Source: Tortispora ganteri (Eukaryota). From it: a DNA stretch of 64,000 nucleotides. The DNA is taken from positions 1-64,000 of the forward strand of contig PPNB01000019.1 in the NCBI GenBank assembly GCA_003707115.1, in the 5' to 3' direction. A program made the position numbers and the translations under genes. Below the pieces are notes generated by a model. The model was not told the DNA's origin, searched no databases, and worked only from the letters and a program-made list of their open reading frames with translations. Shown here piece after piece: positions 8,815-19,096 of the stretch; the first letter of the stretch is position 1, and the number at the start of each line of letters is the position of its first letter.

Positions 8815-11688
8815 TTACTTCTTCTTGCTGTTATTCATCCCCGTAGCCATCACCTTCATTTTACTTACTCCAACAGGCAGAATCATCTCCTCATCGCGTA
8901 AAGACTTGATTAAATCCTGCTCCTGCGGAGACATCAAATCGCGATCATCTTCGCTAATTTTCATTCGGAAAATAATAGACAAGCATTCCTTAATAGCTTT
9001 GCCTTTTTTAGTGGTACCTGGAACCAACTTCACTTTGTATTTACAGTCTTTCAGTGCTGACCATGGCGCAAATGTAGGAACAGCTTCTAGGATCTTATCT
9101 TCTTTGAATACTGAGCCAGTAAAGCTATCCAATGAAACACTTGTCATTTCACTTAAGCCAGTCTCTTCATCATCATCATCGACGTCGTCTTCTTCGAGAT
9201 TTGATCTTTCTTCTTCTCGACGCAACTTCATGCGCCGCTCTTTCTCCATCAATTTCTCCTCACGAATCTTTTTTGACTGCATCTGCTTCGCTTGTTGCTC
9301 TAAGCGCATCTTTTCCAGCATATTCTGTTTCTGAATTTTTCGTTCCAAACCTTTATTAGAACCCAAGATATCCATACGTTGTTGGTATTCTTCTTCATCT
9401 TGATTAGCGTACTTCTTCGCAATTTTTTTCATCTTGCCCTTCTTACCTCGCACAGATTTCTTAGCCTGTTGCGCAGAAACAATAGAATCTGCCGTGGAAT
9501 CCGGCTGAGATATAATTGATTGATCGTCACTTAAAACATTCTGCTGCTTTGAATTCGGCTCAACAGGCCTATTGTCGAACTTGGTGTTTGCAAGAAGCTC
9601 AGTTAAAACTGAGCTATCTTCGTCTTGTTTCGAAAAGTTATATTTCACATCGTCCTTAATTGACTCTAGGTCAACATCTGGGAAATCCTCTAAAATATCA
9701 GGAAAACTGCTTAGGTCTTGTTCAGGATCTGTTTCTACCACAGGATTATCAGGCTGAAGAAGTTGTCTCTTGTGACGCTGTTCACTTTCCTGGTCCACTT
9801 TAAACAAGAATCCAAATCCCATCACGAGCTGTGCTGGCGCAATATAAGTTTTGCTTCCAGAAATAATAAACCCAGTTGTATTCAAATACTCGCCAGTAGG
9901 TGCTGTTTTACTCACCTGCTCATATTTAACCCACCACGCGGATGAAACAGCTTTTTGTTCCCAAGCTTTTGAGCAAGCTACAGAGAACGTTCCTGCTTGC
10001 TCTAATGTCATAGCAGGAATTGGACTGTCGGAGATTCGGTTAAGTAAAAACACAGTAGCAGCGCCAGGAATATCTGCGTGAACGTACAGGTCACCAGGTC
10101 TGAAATATCGGCGGTAAATCATGTCGTTCTGCTGAGAATCACGGCCAGAAATGGCCAAGTATCCTTCAGAAGATATAAACCACAAGAACTTTTCAAACCA
10201 TGCGGGATTTCTTACCGGTCGCAATATCTGCTTTTCTTTATTCAGTGACTTCTTCAAATCTTGTTGGATTTTCTTTTCAGCACTCTTTAGGGCCCTTTTT
10301 GAACTCTTAGAAGTGCGTATTTCCTTATCGATAGCAGATTTCTTTGCAGTATAATATCTGCGTGCATTAGCCCCTGGACTTTCATGCAGATATACATCAA
10401 CAGTTATAGTTGAGTTTTTATTTTGTTTCGTAATAGTATCAGTTTCATCGTCACTGGTGTTGTAGTCGCTGTCGTCTAGTTCACTATCGGATTCGTCTAA
10501 TCCTGAATCCAGTGGAAGACTAAGACTGATTTTTCTATTACCCAAATCTAGCTTGGAAATGACATTAGCAACTGGATCATTTCTCATACGTTCAATTTCG
10601 ATCAATTTGCCGATATTTTCCCAGTCGATCTTCTGCGATAAAAGGCTGTTCACTTTATCTATAGCAGAAGAGACAAGATCTATATGCTCTTCAATGGCGC
10701 TGCCCTTAGCAGTATTATCATTTTGCAGTTGACGTAACTGCTCAATACGTCTTGAATGTTCTGTTCGCGAATTGTGCAACTTTCTATCTGCAGAAGCTTC
10801 TTGAGCAGCAATTCTTAGGTCCAATTTTTGTGATTCGAGTGTAGAGAAGTACTCGTCAACAGTTGCATTATAGCCTTCAAAAGATATTACTTTTTTTTCT
10901 TCAGGAACGATAGCCTCAAATGGCATAAAGTCATCATATATATATGATTTTAGCTTCGAATCATATTTGCTGACGATATATCCCATAATCGGCTTCTCAA
11001 GCATAGACTGGACAACCATTTGAGCCTCATCTATGACTTTCAGAACATCAGTTATAGTATATTCTGTAGATTCAGGGTCAATCTTAACATTGTTGATGCA
11101 TTTGAGTAGCAAATCTACAGAAAAATGACGTACATTAGCCTGTAGTAGTTGTTTCAACGATGGTGATTTATCTTTAGACCATGATTCAACATCACTAGAG
11201 GTGAATTTAGCTGACCAAGCTATACTGGGTTGCAAAAGATTATAAGTGACTCCAGCTGCGCAAGGTGGAACATTTTGAGACTCTTTGACAACTCTGAAAG
11301 GTACAAGAATGGTATTGGAAGAATCAAGAAGGATCACATTACCTGCCGCGAAGAATTCCAGAACAAGTTTGTACATTTCGCCAAAATGCAGCACTAATAC
11401 TCTATCGGTCCCCAGTTGCTCAATAGAGGTCAGTCTACGTGTCCGAAGGTGCTTTCGAAGTTTAGTGACAAAACCACTTGGAGAGGCAGCGGTGGTCCTG
11501 TGATATCTAGTAATATGAAGCCTGTAGCCTGGATCTAAGAGTACCAACGTTTTGGTATTGGGTAATGAGAATTTGAACAAGAGACCACGAGAACCTACAT
11601 CATAGATATTTTGAAGGCGATAGTTCTCAAGGTGTTTGAGCTCGTTTGAGATGCATAAAAGATCTAAAGAGGAGAATCTCTGCTTCAT
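8815..11688 (-). CDS. RQC2: Ribosome quality control complex subunit Rqc2/Tae2 (NEMF)
   Basis: MKQRFSSLD start, NFACT-N (KLRKHLRTRRL..GTDRV), NFACT-R (WFEKFLWFISSEGYL..GRDSQQN), NFACT-C (APWSAL..KYKVKLVPG). Confidence 0.95.
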   Translation of the reverse strand: MKQRFSSLDLLCISNELKHLENYRLQNIYDVGSRGLLFKFSLPNTKTLVLLDPGYRLHITRYHRTTAASPSGFVTKLRKHLRTRRLTSIEQLGTDRVLVLHFGEMYKLVLEFFAAGNVILLDSSNTILVPFRVVKESQNVPPCAAGVTYNLLQPSIAWSAKFTSSDVESWSKDKSPSLKQLLQANVRHFSVDLLLKCINNVKIDPESTEYTITDVLKVIDEAQMVVQSMLEKPIMGYIVSKYDSKLKSYIYDDFMPFEAIVPEEKKVISFEGYNATVDEYFSTLESQKLDLRIAAQEASADRKLHNSRTEHSRRIEQLRQLQNDNTAKGSAIEEHIDLVSSAIDKVNSLLSQKIDWENIGKLIEIERMRNDPVANVISKLDLGNRKISLSLPLDSGLDESDSELDDSDYNTSDDETDTITKQNKNSTITVDVYLHESPGANARRYYTAKKSAIDKEIRTSKSSKRALKSAEKKIQQDLKKSLNKEKQILRPVRNPAWFEKFLWFISSEGYLAISGRDSQQNDMIYRRYFRPGDLYVHADIPGAATVFLLNRISDSPIPAMTLEQAGTFSVACSKAWEQKAVSSAWWVKYEQVSKTAPTGEYLNTTGFIISGSKTYIAPAQLVMGFGFLFKVDQESEQRHKRQLLQPDNPVVETDPEQDLSSFPDILEDFPDVDLESIKDDVKYNFSKQDEDSSVLTELLANTKFDNRPVEPNSKQQNVLSDDQSIISQPDSTADSIVSAQQAKKSVRGKKGKMKKIAKKYANQDEEEYQQRMDILGSNKGLERKIQKQNMLEKMRLEQQAKQMQSKKIREEKLMEKERRMKLRREEERSNLEEDDVDDDDEETGLSEMTSVSLDSFTGSVFKEDKILEAVPTFAPWSALKDCKYKVKLVPGTTKKGKAIKECLSIIFRMKISEDDRDLMSPQEQDLIKSLRDEEMILPVGVSKMKVMATGMNNSKKK

Positions 11689-11911
11689 GGGTGGGTGAGT
11701 AGGTGTCGAAGTTAAAGTAAATAGTGTGGCAGAAATCTGCTCTACGTATCTAAAAGAGATGCTATAATATTAAATAATCTATTATATCTTATTATTTTTA
11801 TCTATTTCCTAGAACATTAAAACTATGCATGGTGTCGTTTCTGAATGTAGACAGAGACAATGGTCGTGTATTTAGCGTTAGTCATGTAGGTCATCTCTCA
11901 GAGGAGAGATA

Positions 11912-12688
11912 TTAGCGGCCGAGGGTGATGTTTGCACTGGAGTAGTTAATACATCCTTTAAGGAAAGATACATAGTCCAGTGGAGATGCTTTACTAGTGA
12001 AGTAGATTTCACACACGCGCAACTGCCAAGGCGGATATCCGTATAGGTACGAATCCTTTCCGGTCACTATTAACAAATCGGGTTCTGGCACAACCATCTC
12101 TTTAAGGTGGCTATACACCATTTCAACAGTTATATCTTGATCGTTTATTTGATCTTTTGCAGACATCTCGCAGAAAGATTTTGTGAGATCAACAATTGTG
12201 TCTTTGCCATCTTCTTCAGATAAGAGCGAAACTAAGAATCCTGAGTCAGGGCCACATGAGTGACCTGTATGTGGAACATGCAATTTAATTTCAGTGCCAA
12301 ATTCTTCAGTCAAATATGATCGTAGTCTATTATCTATTATTTTTCGTAACAGATCGCAATCCTCCTTGAGAACACCTGTCCGCTCATAAACTGTGAGTCG
12401 GCTCAGTCCAGCAGCTATAGACCAGCAAACAACATTAACTGTATCCTCTATTAGAGCCTCAACGCCTGAGGTTTTTGAGTATTGAAGTATCACACTCAAG
12501 TGTCTGGGTTTCTTCCGTAGTTTGGACGCATCCGCTCTCACAAGTTCTGAGTCCTCATTTAGGGAATACGCTGTACCCAGTATCCACGAAATCACCAGAC
12601 TCTTCACGTTGAAATAAGTATCATGCAGATAAACAATCCAATGAAGCAGTATAAGAATAGCTCTGCTAGCCTTAGCAGCAAAAGTCAT
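11912..12688 (-). CDS. NUS1: Dehydrodolichyl diphosphate synthase complex subunit Nus1 (NgBR)
   Basis: N-terminal TM segment, PRHLSVIL, WSIAAGLSRLTVYERTG, EPDLL..GYPPWQLRVCEI, C-terminal xLGR. Start placed at the first ATG (12688); the ORF track starts at GTG 12742. Confidence 0.88.
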   Translation of the reverse strand: MTFAAKASRAILILLHWIVYLHDTYFNVKSLVISWILGTAYSLNEDSELVRADASKLRKKPRHLSVILQYSKTSGVEALIEDTVNVVCWSIAAGLSRLTVYERTGVLKEDCDLLRKIIDNRLRSYLTEEFGTEIKLHVPHTGHSCGPDSGFLVSLLSEEDGKDTIVDLTKSFCEMSAKDQINDQDITVEMVYSHLKEMVVPEPDLLIVTGKDSYLYGYPPWQLRVCEIYFTSKASPLDYVSFLKGCINYSSANITLGR

Positions 12689-12903
12689 CCCCTTAAAGGC
12701 AAGAAAACGATATAAGAATGTTTGCGGTTGGCCAAGCTCCACATAGCCGTTGCTATGTTAGGCTCTGCTCTCTCTCATTATTTCGCGCACAGGAACACAG
12801 TGCAATATACGTTGCGCCGAATCAATAACCATAAGCATTATCTCCTCTAAAAGGGCTGTGTATAGGTTCGACATACCTATGAAACTATCAGATCGTTTGT
12901 AAT

Positions 12904-15405
12904 ATGTTTGGATTACACAAAGATGCGCAGGAACTTCTCACAATTGAACATTTTCGCGGCGATGTGTCCATCAATGAGTTTATTGAGTCGCTTTCCGCGC
13001 CGTTCCTTGATGACGATAATGGCTCTATAGTTGACCCTAAACCATACATTCGACAATTTGAGTCAGCTCTGAAAAATATTCAGGAACTTGAACGTAACTT
13101 TGCGAGACGCGAATCTACTCTACAGGCAGATGACTTTCAGGAAGAAGAGTCTTACCTTCAACAGCTTCCGAACATCGCAGATGCTGCTCTCCCTGCGAAG
13201 TTCTCCTCCCTCGATCGACTAGTGTCTTCTGCCGCTGACACAGTATCAACTATTAGTGATACTCTTGAGCAGCTTAACCTGGAACATAGTCGTGCCACAA
13301 ATGCTAGTTTGCTTCTAGAGCTTTACGTTGACTTCTCGAACAATAACTCTACTACTCTCGACGCACTTCGCAAGGGTTCCGCGCAAAGTAGATGTCTCTG
13401 CGGGAAAATGACTAAAGACCTTCTTCAGTTAGCAAGATCAATTGGCAACCAGGAAGTGCTCGCATTTATAGAGAGCTATGCAGAGGAATTTGAAAAAGAT
13501 GAATTGGCTCAATTCGATCGCGCATACAAATTAAACCATTTAGGCGACATGAAAAACTCCGCAGACGTGCTCATTGCTTACAACTCTGGGTCAAGTGTTA
13601 TATCTCTATTTGTGAACCAGCACGATTTCTTCATGCAAAATGTGCATTTATTTGATCCTTCAACAATTGGAAGTGACCCAGTTTGGTCAAAAATTGCAGA
13701 TCCCAGTTTGTTTTCCTTCACTCTTGACGATCAAACTACCAAAATCTTAAAAGACATCCCTTCTGTAATTAAATCTGAGTCTGATGTCATTGATCATGTA
13801 TTTGAAAAAGACTCAGAAGAAGTACTTTGCATTTTCATTCGCCGCCTTTTTGACCAAACCATCCTTCAACGCATCGAAGTTGTTCTAGACCACGCTTCTT
13901 CTTTGTCTTCTCTGACATATACCCGAACATTGCATCTTCTTCACTCAAGACTGAAAACCCTTTCACAAACCGGAATACCAGACTCATTAGTTGGAAAGTA
14001 TCAGAATAGTTCGCGCATAAATTCCCTACTTCAGTCCCTGTTTAAGGAACTGTTCAGCACACATACGGAATCAGGTAAATATCCTACACAAGAAGCAGCA
14101 AACTTAAAGGCTTTAATCTCAGATTTGCTATCCCCGTTTATTGCTGCACATCAATCGCGAAAATCTCGTTTCCGTTTTAATAGACTTGGGTCGTTAGATG
14201 AACCAGGTACTCCAACCACCCCCTCTACTGCAACAGTTTCTACTGGTGGCTTCTTTCAGCAAGATATCTCTATCCCAGAGGTAACGCTGAAGTTAAGTGA
14301 CGGAAAACTGGCTATACAATGGTACGCGGAAGCTATTCGACGGACACTGGATTTGGTTAGCTCTCCCAAGCCTCATATACTGGAATTATCGAGAATTCTT
14401 TTGGACCAGACCTCTGCTAAGTATATTGATGTGGCTCTAACAACAGCTATTGATCTTCTTCGAAGTTTGGATCTTCGCATATCTTTCCAAGCACAAGAAT
14501 TCGCTCTAGCAAATGTCATAAAGCCTGCTATTCAGCTGTCGCGCATGCTCGGATTTGCATTGGGTACGGTAAGCTTGCTTTCTTGGTCAGCGTCTAGTGA
14601 ATCAAAAGACCAGAGGCGCAGCGCTTTATCTTCTGGTGATCTAACAGCTGAAAACCCTGGAAGCAGCGATTTGATAAAGCTTGCAAATGTTGCCTCACTC
14701 TCTGTTCAAAACAATATCAATGGAGTAATAAGGCAACTGATCGAATGTACGGTGGGTCGTATTAACATCATGTTATCTCGTATTAAAAAGAAAGATTATC
14801 TGAGCGATGATGACGATATTTCCAATATTGTGGAACTAGCATCACAATCTTGCAGTGAGATATGTAATGTTCTTGAATTGTTCCATGAAACAGTTCTGAA
14901 CAATATTGCTAGCGACAAGAATGGCACTGACAATAAGGTACGCGCACATAAGCGTGAAATAAGTACTGCTTCTGTTGGAGAAAAACAATTCGAAAATGAT
15001 ATTGACGACATTGACATGAATGTGGAACGAGTTTTATCGGAACTTGGTAATGGATTTAAAGACGCACTGGTGTCGCACATCAAGCGTAATTCTTTCACTA
15101 CCGCTGGTGGATTACTATTAGCAAATGATACCTTAAGGTATCAGCGTGTATTAGGTCAATGGAGAGTACCAGAAATAGACGATGCCATGGAGTTTATTCG
15201 CGAAGTTGCTCATTTGTACATTGTGCGTTCTGAAGTATTGGGACCGCTGTTAAATCGCGGATCTCTGCAGAACATCAAATCCTATGAACTAGCTGAATTT
15301 TTATCTAGAAGGGCCGATTTGGATAATGCTGGTGTTAGACGAGTTCTGTCAGTAAGATCTTCACGAACCAGGGATGCGAATAACAATGGGTCAGCTATAA
15401 TCTAG
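12904..15405 (+). CDS. SEC10: Exocyst complex component Sec10
   Basis: VDPKPYIRQFE, FVNQHDFF and TTAGGLLLAND motifs; helical-rod 833 aa. Confidence 0.88.
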   Translation: MFGLHKDAQELLTIEHFRGDVSINEFIESLSAPFLDDDNGSIVDPKPYIRQFESALKNIQELERNFARRESTLQADDFQEEESYLQQLPNIADAALPAKFSSLDRLVSSAADTVSTISDTLEQLNLEHSRATNASLLLELYVDFSNNNSTTLDALRKGSAQSRCLCGKMTKDLLQLARSIGNQEVLAFIESYAEEFEKDELAQFDRAYKLNHLGDMKNSADVLIAYNSGSSVISLFVNQHDFFMQNVHLFDPSTIGSDPVWSKIADPSLFSFTLDDQTTKILKDIPSVIKSESDVIDHVFEKDSEEVLCIFIRRLFDQTILQRIEVVLDHASSLSSLTYTRTLHLLHSRLKTLSQTGIPDSLVGKYQNSSRINSLLQSLFKELFSTHTESGKYPTQEAANLKALISDLLSPFIAAHQSRKSRFRFNRLGSLDEPGTPTTPSTATVSTGGFFQQDISIPEVTLKLSDGKLAIQWYAEAIRRTLDLVSSPKPHILELSRILLDQTSAKYIDVALTTAIDLLRSLDLRISFQAQEFALANVIKPAIQLSRMLGFALGTVSLLSWSASSESKDQRRSALSSGDLTAENPGSSDLIKLANVASLSVQNNINGVIRQLIECTVGRINIMLSRIKKKDYLSDDDDISNIVELASQSCSEICNVLELFHETVLNNIASDKNGTDNKVRAHKREISTASVGEKQFENDIDDIDMNVERVLSELGNGFKDALVSHIKRNSFTTAGGLLLANDTLRYQRVLGQWRVPEIDDAMEFIREVAHLYIVRSEVLGPLLNRGSLQNIKSYELAEFLSRRADLDNAGVRRVLSVRSSRTRDANNNGSAII

Positions 15406-15442
15406 ATTATGAAAGAGAATACCGCAAACATTCAAGTTACAT

Positions 15443-16429
15443 TTATTTGTTCTTTTTTGTTTCATCCAACCACGATAAACTTCGTTTAATACCTTCTTCA
15501 AGGGTGTATTTTGGAGTGTATCCAAGAATACTCTGTGCTTTGGCGCATGAATAATATCTTACAGCACATGAAAATTTAATGCGAAAGCGGTTAAGACCTG
15601 GTTCGCGGCCTGTGAAATAAGAAACAATCTCACTAATTCCACCGATAATTAAACCTAGATCTTTAGGAATCTTAATTATGCTGCTCGGAGTATGTCCACA
15701 GTGAGCCCAAATGGCACGCGGCATAGCGAAAAAGGGTATTGGTGACATGTTCGTTATAAAAAAAGCTTGTCCACGAGCCAACTTGCTACCTTGTGGATCC
15801 ATTAAAGCCTCAGCTGCAAGTATATGCGCATATGCCACATTTCCTGCGTATGTGTAGTCAAATAGATTATTATTTGAACCAATTTGGAAACGAGTTTGGC
15901 CTCTTTCCAAAACCTGCAGCATGCCAGGGATCAGTTGTCTGTCATGTTCGCCGAATATTCCTGCTGGGCGTATAGCGCAAGTGGGAACCCACTCATCAGC
16001 AGCTAGAGCAGCGGCTTCACCTTTGGCCTTTGAGTCGGTATACGAGTCGAATGGAGGGTTAGCAATAGGGAAGTCCTCATTGGCGTTAATAAGGTCAGCA
16101 CCAGTAAATACCACACTGGCAGAAGAAGTGTACACAAAAGCTTTAACTGATGGCGCTCGAGCTGCCTCAGCTACATTTCTAGTTCCTTCGACATTCACCG
16201 CAAAGAAAAGTTTCTCGTTTTTATGTTCAGCTGGCGGACTCGCGCAGTGAACAATTACATCAGGACTTATGTCCAACACTGCCTGTTTCACATTCTCCGC
16301 GTCTAAAAGATCGACAATTACGTCGCCACTTGCGACATCAGCAATCGAAACTGTCCATCCTTTATTAGTGAATTCCCTTTGCAGATGTTTACCTAAAAAT
16401 CCAGCGCCGCCGAAGATTAGCACTTTCAT
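15443..16429 (-). CDS. ERG26: Sterol-4-alpha-carboxylate 3-dehydrogenase (3-beta-HSD family)
   Basis: GGAGFLG NAD motif, VYTSSASVVF, YTDSK catalytic motif, IRPAGIFG, NNLFDYTY. Confidence 0.92.
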   Translation of the reverse strand: MKVLIFGGAGFLGKHLQREFTNKGWTVSIADVASGDVIVDLLDAENVKQAVLDISPDVIVHCASPPAEHKNEKLFFAVNVEGTRNVAEAARAPSVKAFVYTSSASVVFTGADLINANEDFPIANPPFDSYTDSKAKGEAAALAADEWVPTCAIRPAGIFGEHDRQLIPGMLQVLERGQTRFQIGSNNNLFDYTYAGNVAYAHILAAEALMDPQGSKLARGQAFFITNMSPIPFFAMPRAIWAHCGHTPSSIIKIPKDLGLIIGGISEIVSYFTGREPGLNRFRIKFSCAVRYYSCAKAQSILGYTPKYTLEEGIKRSLSWLDETKKNK

Positions 16430-16697
16430 TGCTGTAGATATGAGAAGAGGTGGAAGTTACACAGCTTGAGTGAAGGTTGTTCGATGTTGGGTACTAAAGT
16501 TACTACGGTAAGGTTCCACAGTTACAGTATTGCATTATTCCATATGGTTTGCTACAGAGTAATAATTATGTATTGAATATTGCAGAATATGCATTAGAGA
16601 CTATTTAGTTAGTGTTTAAAATTTAATAGAATCATAAGAAGAGTTATATGTGATAAATGGTGTCGGTTAAATATTGCGGCAGCGCACCGCGGTGGTG

Positions 16698-16731
16698 TCG
16701 CGTTGGGCCTAAGGCGAAACGCGTCGCGAAA
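16698..16731. promoter_or_regulatory. MCB/SCB-like G1/S elements upstream of the kleisin gene
   Basis: ACGCGT at 16719-16724, directly followed by CGCGAAA at 16725-16731; TCGCGTT at 16698-16704; 60-95 bp upstream of the MCD1 ATG. Confidence 0.6.
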
Positions 16732-16792
16732 CTTATATAGAGTTTCTGCTTTGTTATTGCTTACTTAGCCTCAGCAGACAAAAACAGTGAGA

Positions 16793-18328
16793 ATGGCAGA
16801 TTCAGAAGACTCGCAGGGACTACTGAATAAAGCATGGATTGCAGCACAATCAATTCGAAAACTTAACAAGCACAGTATTCTCAATATCGATCTAGTTGAT
16901 GTCATTAGAGTCATTCTCGAAAATACTCACATCACTCCAAGAACATCAGGGCAACTTTTGCTTGGCGTATCGCGTATTCAATACAGAAAATCAAAATATC
17001 TTTTAGATGAGTGTTCAGAAATGATGGTGCAGTTTCGTTCTGCTAAAAGACAAGAGAATGCAGAAGTCCTTAATAAGAAGAATATCGAATTAGGAAAACA
17101 AGAATACACCGCAGCTCAAAGGCGCAGACTTAAGTTGATCGTACCAACATCTTCTCTACCATACATGAATTTTTTTAATCCTCCTCCTGAAAATGAAGAG
17201 TCACTTCCTCCTTTGTCTCCTGCTCGTTCTATTTCGTCGATAGATGAATCCATCGGCCACGACAGCTACTTTGACATACTTTCAGACTTCTCTGCTGATG
17301 ACAATACCCGCCGCAAACGATCTGCCTCAATAGCTAGTTCTATCGAAAGCGCGCGTGGTAACGAGTACAAACATATGCATAGAGGCTCTTTTTCGGGAAT
17401 GGTTGAAGATGACTCTATTGAACTAGGAAGGGACGCGCCCACGCCTGCCTTTTCCATCGACGACGACTTACCACCACTGGACTTAGATTATCTGAATGGC
17501 GATAATGTTTTGGACCAAGAAGAGCCTGTGCTCAATTTAAGTCAAGAACCTTTACAAGAAATATCTGTTCCGAACATACCAGCAGAGGGAGCCCCAGAAA
17601 AGAAACATACACGCAAGAAACAAAGAAACACATACATTGCACCCTCTATTGATATAACAACGACTGCTGCACCTTCAAAGATTCGCCATAGACACGACAA
17701 ATTGCCTTTGCATGCATTATCACTTGTGCGAATACTTCCTGACAACCCTGCGCTTGCGTACTACACTGGTGTTTTCAAGCTACCTAATCGTGCTATGGCA
17801 GGAGTGATCAATAAGCGCGTTTTTACGCTTACTCATCCTGGATTACAACAGATTTTCAGTACTGCTATATCCACTTTAATCTCAAGCTCAAAAAATGATC
17901 AAGCATCCGTACATGATATATCTGATAATACTGAAGACATCCACGGGCTTAGCATGAGTACACCAGAAGGTCTTGATGAGTTCTCATTCCAACTTCCGGA
18001 TGATGAACAAGAAGTACCCATAGACACACCACATGAAGAATATTTACAAGAGGCGAGTGAAGCTGATATGGAAGATGAAGGGTTTCAAAATGATTTTCAA
18101 CAGGACATGGAGGAAGCAAGCGTAGAAAACTATCAGCAGGAAGAAGAGAATGACATAGTTTTTAGGGAGCTTTCTGTGGGACCTAAAAGCTTTGCAGACC
18201 TAACGTCTGGTTTGTCTAGGAAACATGCAAGTGACAGGTTCCTGCGAATGCTGGTCTTAGCTACCCGAGGAGATCTGAGAGTGGAACAGAGTGTACCATT
18301 TGGAGAGATCATTGTAGAGGTTGCATAA
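16793..18328 (+). CDS. MCD1: Cohesin alpha-kleisin subunit (Mcd1/Scc1/Rad21)
   Basis: Rad21/Rec8 N-terminal domain (AWIAA..RTSGQLLLGVSRI..KSKYLLDEC), C-terminal winged helix (FLRMLVLAT..VEQSVPFGEI), separase-type sites SIESAR and SIELGR, MCB promoter. ATG at 16793. Confidence 0.85.
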   Translation: MADSEDSQGLLNKAWIAAQSIRKLNKHSILNIDLVDVIRVILENTHITPRTSGQLLLGVSRIQYRKSKYLLDECSEMMVQFRSAKRQENAEVLNKKNIELGKQEYTAAQRRRLKLIVPTSSLPYMNFFNPPPENEESLPPLSPARSISSIDESIGHDSYFDILSDFSADDNTRRKRSASIASSIESARGNEYKHMHRGSFSGMVEDDSIELGRDAPTPAFSIDDDLPPLDLDYLNGDNVLDQEEPVLNLSQEPLQEISVPNIPAEGAPEKKHTRKKQRNTYIAPSIDITTTAAPSKIRHRHDKLPLHALSLVRILPDNPALAYYTGVFKLPNRAMAGVINKRVFTLTHPGLQQIFSTAISTLISSSKNDQASVHDISDNTEDIHGLSMSTPEGLDEFSFQLPDDEQEVPIDTPHEEYLQEASEADMEDEGFQNDFQQDMEEASVENYQQEEENDIVFRELSVGPKSFADLTSGLSRKHASDRFLRMLVLATRGDLRVEQSVPFGEIIVEVA

Positions 18329-18341
18329 CTGCAGATGTTCA

Positions 18342-19016
18342 CTATAATATGACAACTGCACCGCTAGTAATGAATTTTTGAACAACTGAATATCTCATTG
18401 CGTAAATACTGTCTTGCATTAATTCAATAGACTCGTCGCCCAACTGGACAGTTTCTTCAATTGGACGCACTACTCTGAATATGACAGGGGTATCTGTGTC
18501 GGGGTTAGTCACCATTGACAAACCGCCAGTGTCGTCTTCCAGGCTTTTGAGATTTTCAGGCCAGTTCCTCATATTAAATTGACGGTCATATAGATGACTA
18601 AGTAGTTCGACTCTTTTTCTGATGAATTTGATCTCCTCTTGAGACAGATTGTATGTATTCCGAGCATAATGCATATCCATTTTAGAGAGTTTAGCTATTC
18701 TTGTACGTAAATAACTTCTAATAAGAAATCGTACACGTTCTACTTCTGACTCAATTACCAATAAGGAAAATTTGACATCACCAGTAACTGTTCCTGACTC
18801 AGCAGCGGTCTGTCTTTCTATTTCTTCAATTTGGAGATCCAGCCGATCTCGCAGGTGCTCTAGTAGGTCTTCTTGATAGGGAAGTATGTCGGGGCATGTT
18901 AGTTCTGAGATCCAAGCCTTCTGCAAAGCAAATATTTCGCCTTGCTTGTTCTTATCATCGTCTGCAGCCCCGAATATCTGCGAATCGAGGTCTTTAAGAA
19001 GATCGTTGATGTCCAT
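18342..19016 (-). CDS. SLD5: GINS complex subunit Sld5
   Basis: AWISELTCPDILPY, EVERVRFLIRSYLRTRIAK, C-terminal MRYSVV. Confidence 0.93.
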   Translation of the reverse strand: MDINDLLKDLDSQIFGAADDDKNKQGEIFALQKAWISELTCPDILPYQEDLLEHLRDRLDLQIEEIERQTAAESGTVTGDVKFSLLVIESEVERVRFLIRSYLRTRIAKLSKMDMHYARNTYNLSQEEIKFIRKRVELLSHLYDRQFNMRNWPENLKSLEDDTGGLSMVTNPDTDTPVIFRVVRPIEETVQLGDESIELMQDSIYAMRYSVVQKFITSGAVVIL

Positions 19017-19096
19017 TCAGTGCTTTCGGAGTGGTGGTAGGGTATATCTCTTTCCCTCAGTGGGTGAGTTTTAGCTTTTTCGACCTGCCACCATTA

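Noticed and set aside
12753..12876. Possible upstream intron of NUS1 (CTAAC-ATAG acceptor; donors at 12876 or 12810)
   Set aside because: No donor/ATG combination restores the frame, and ATG 12688 already gives a normal Nus1 N-terminus. A 5'UTR intron cannot be excluded.
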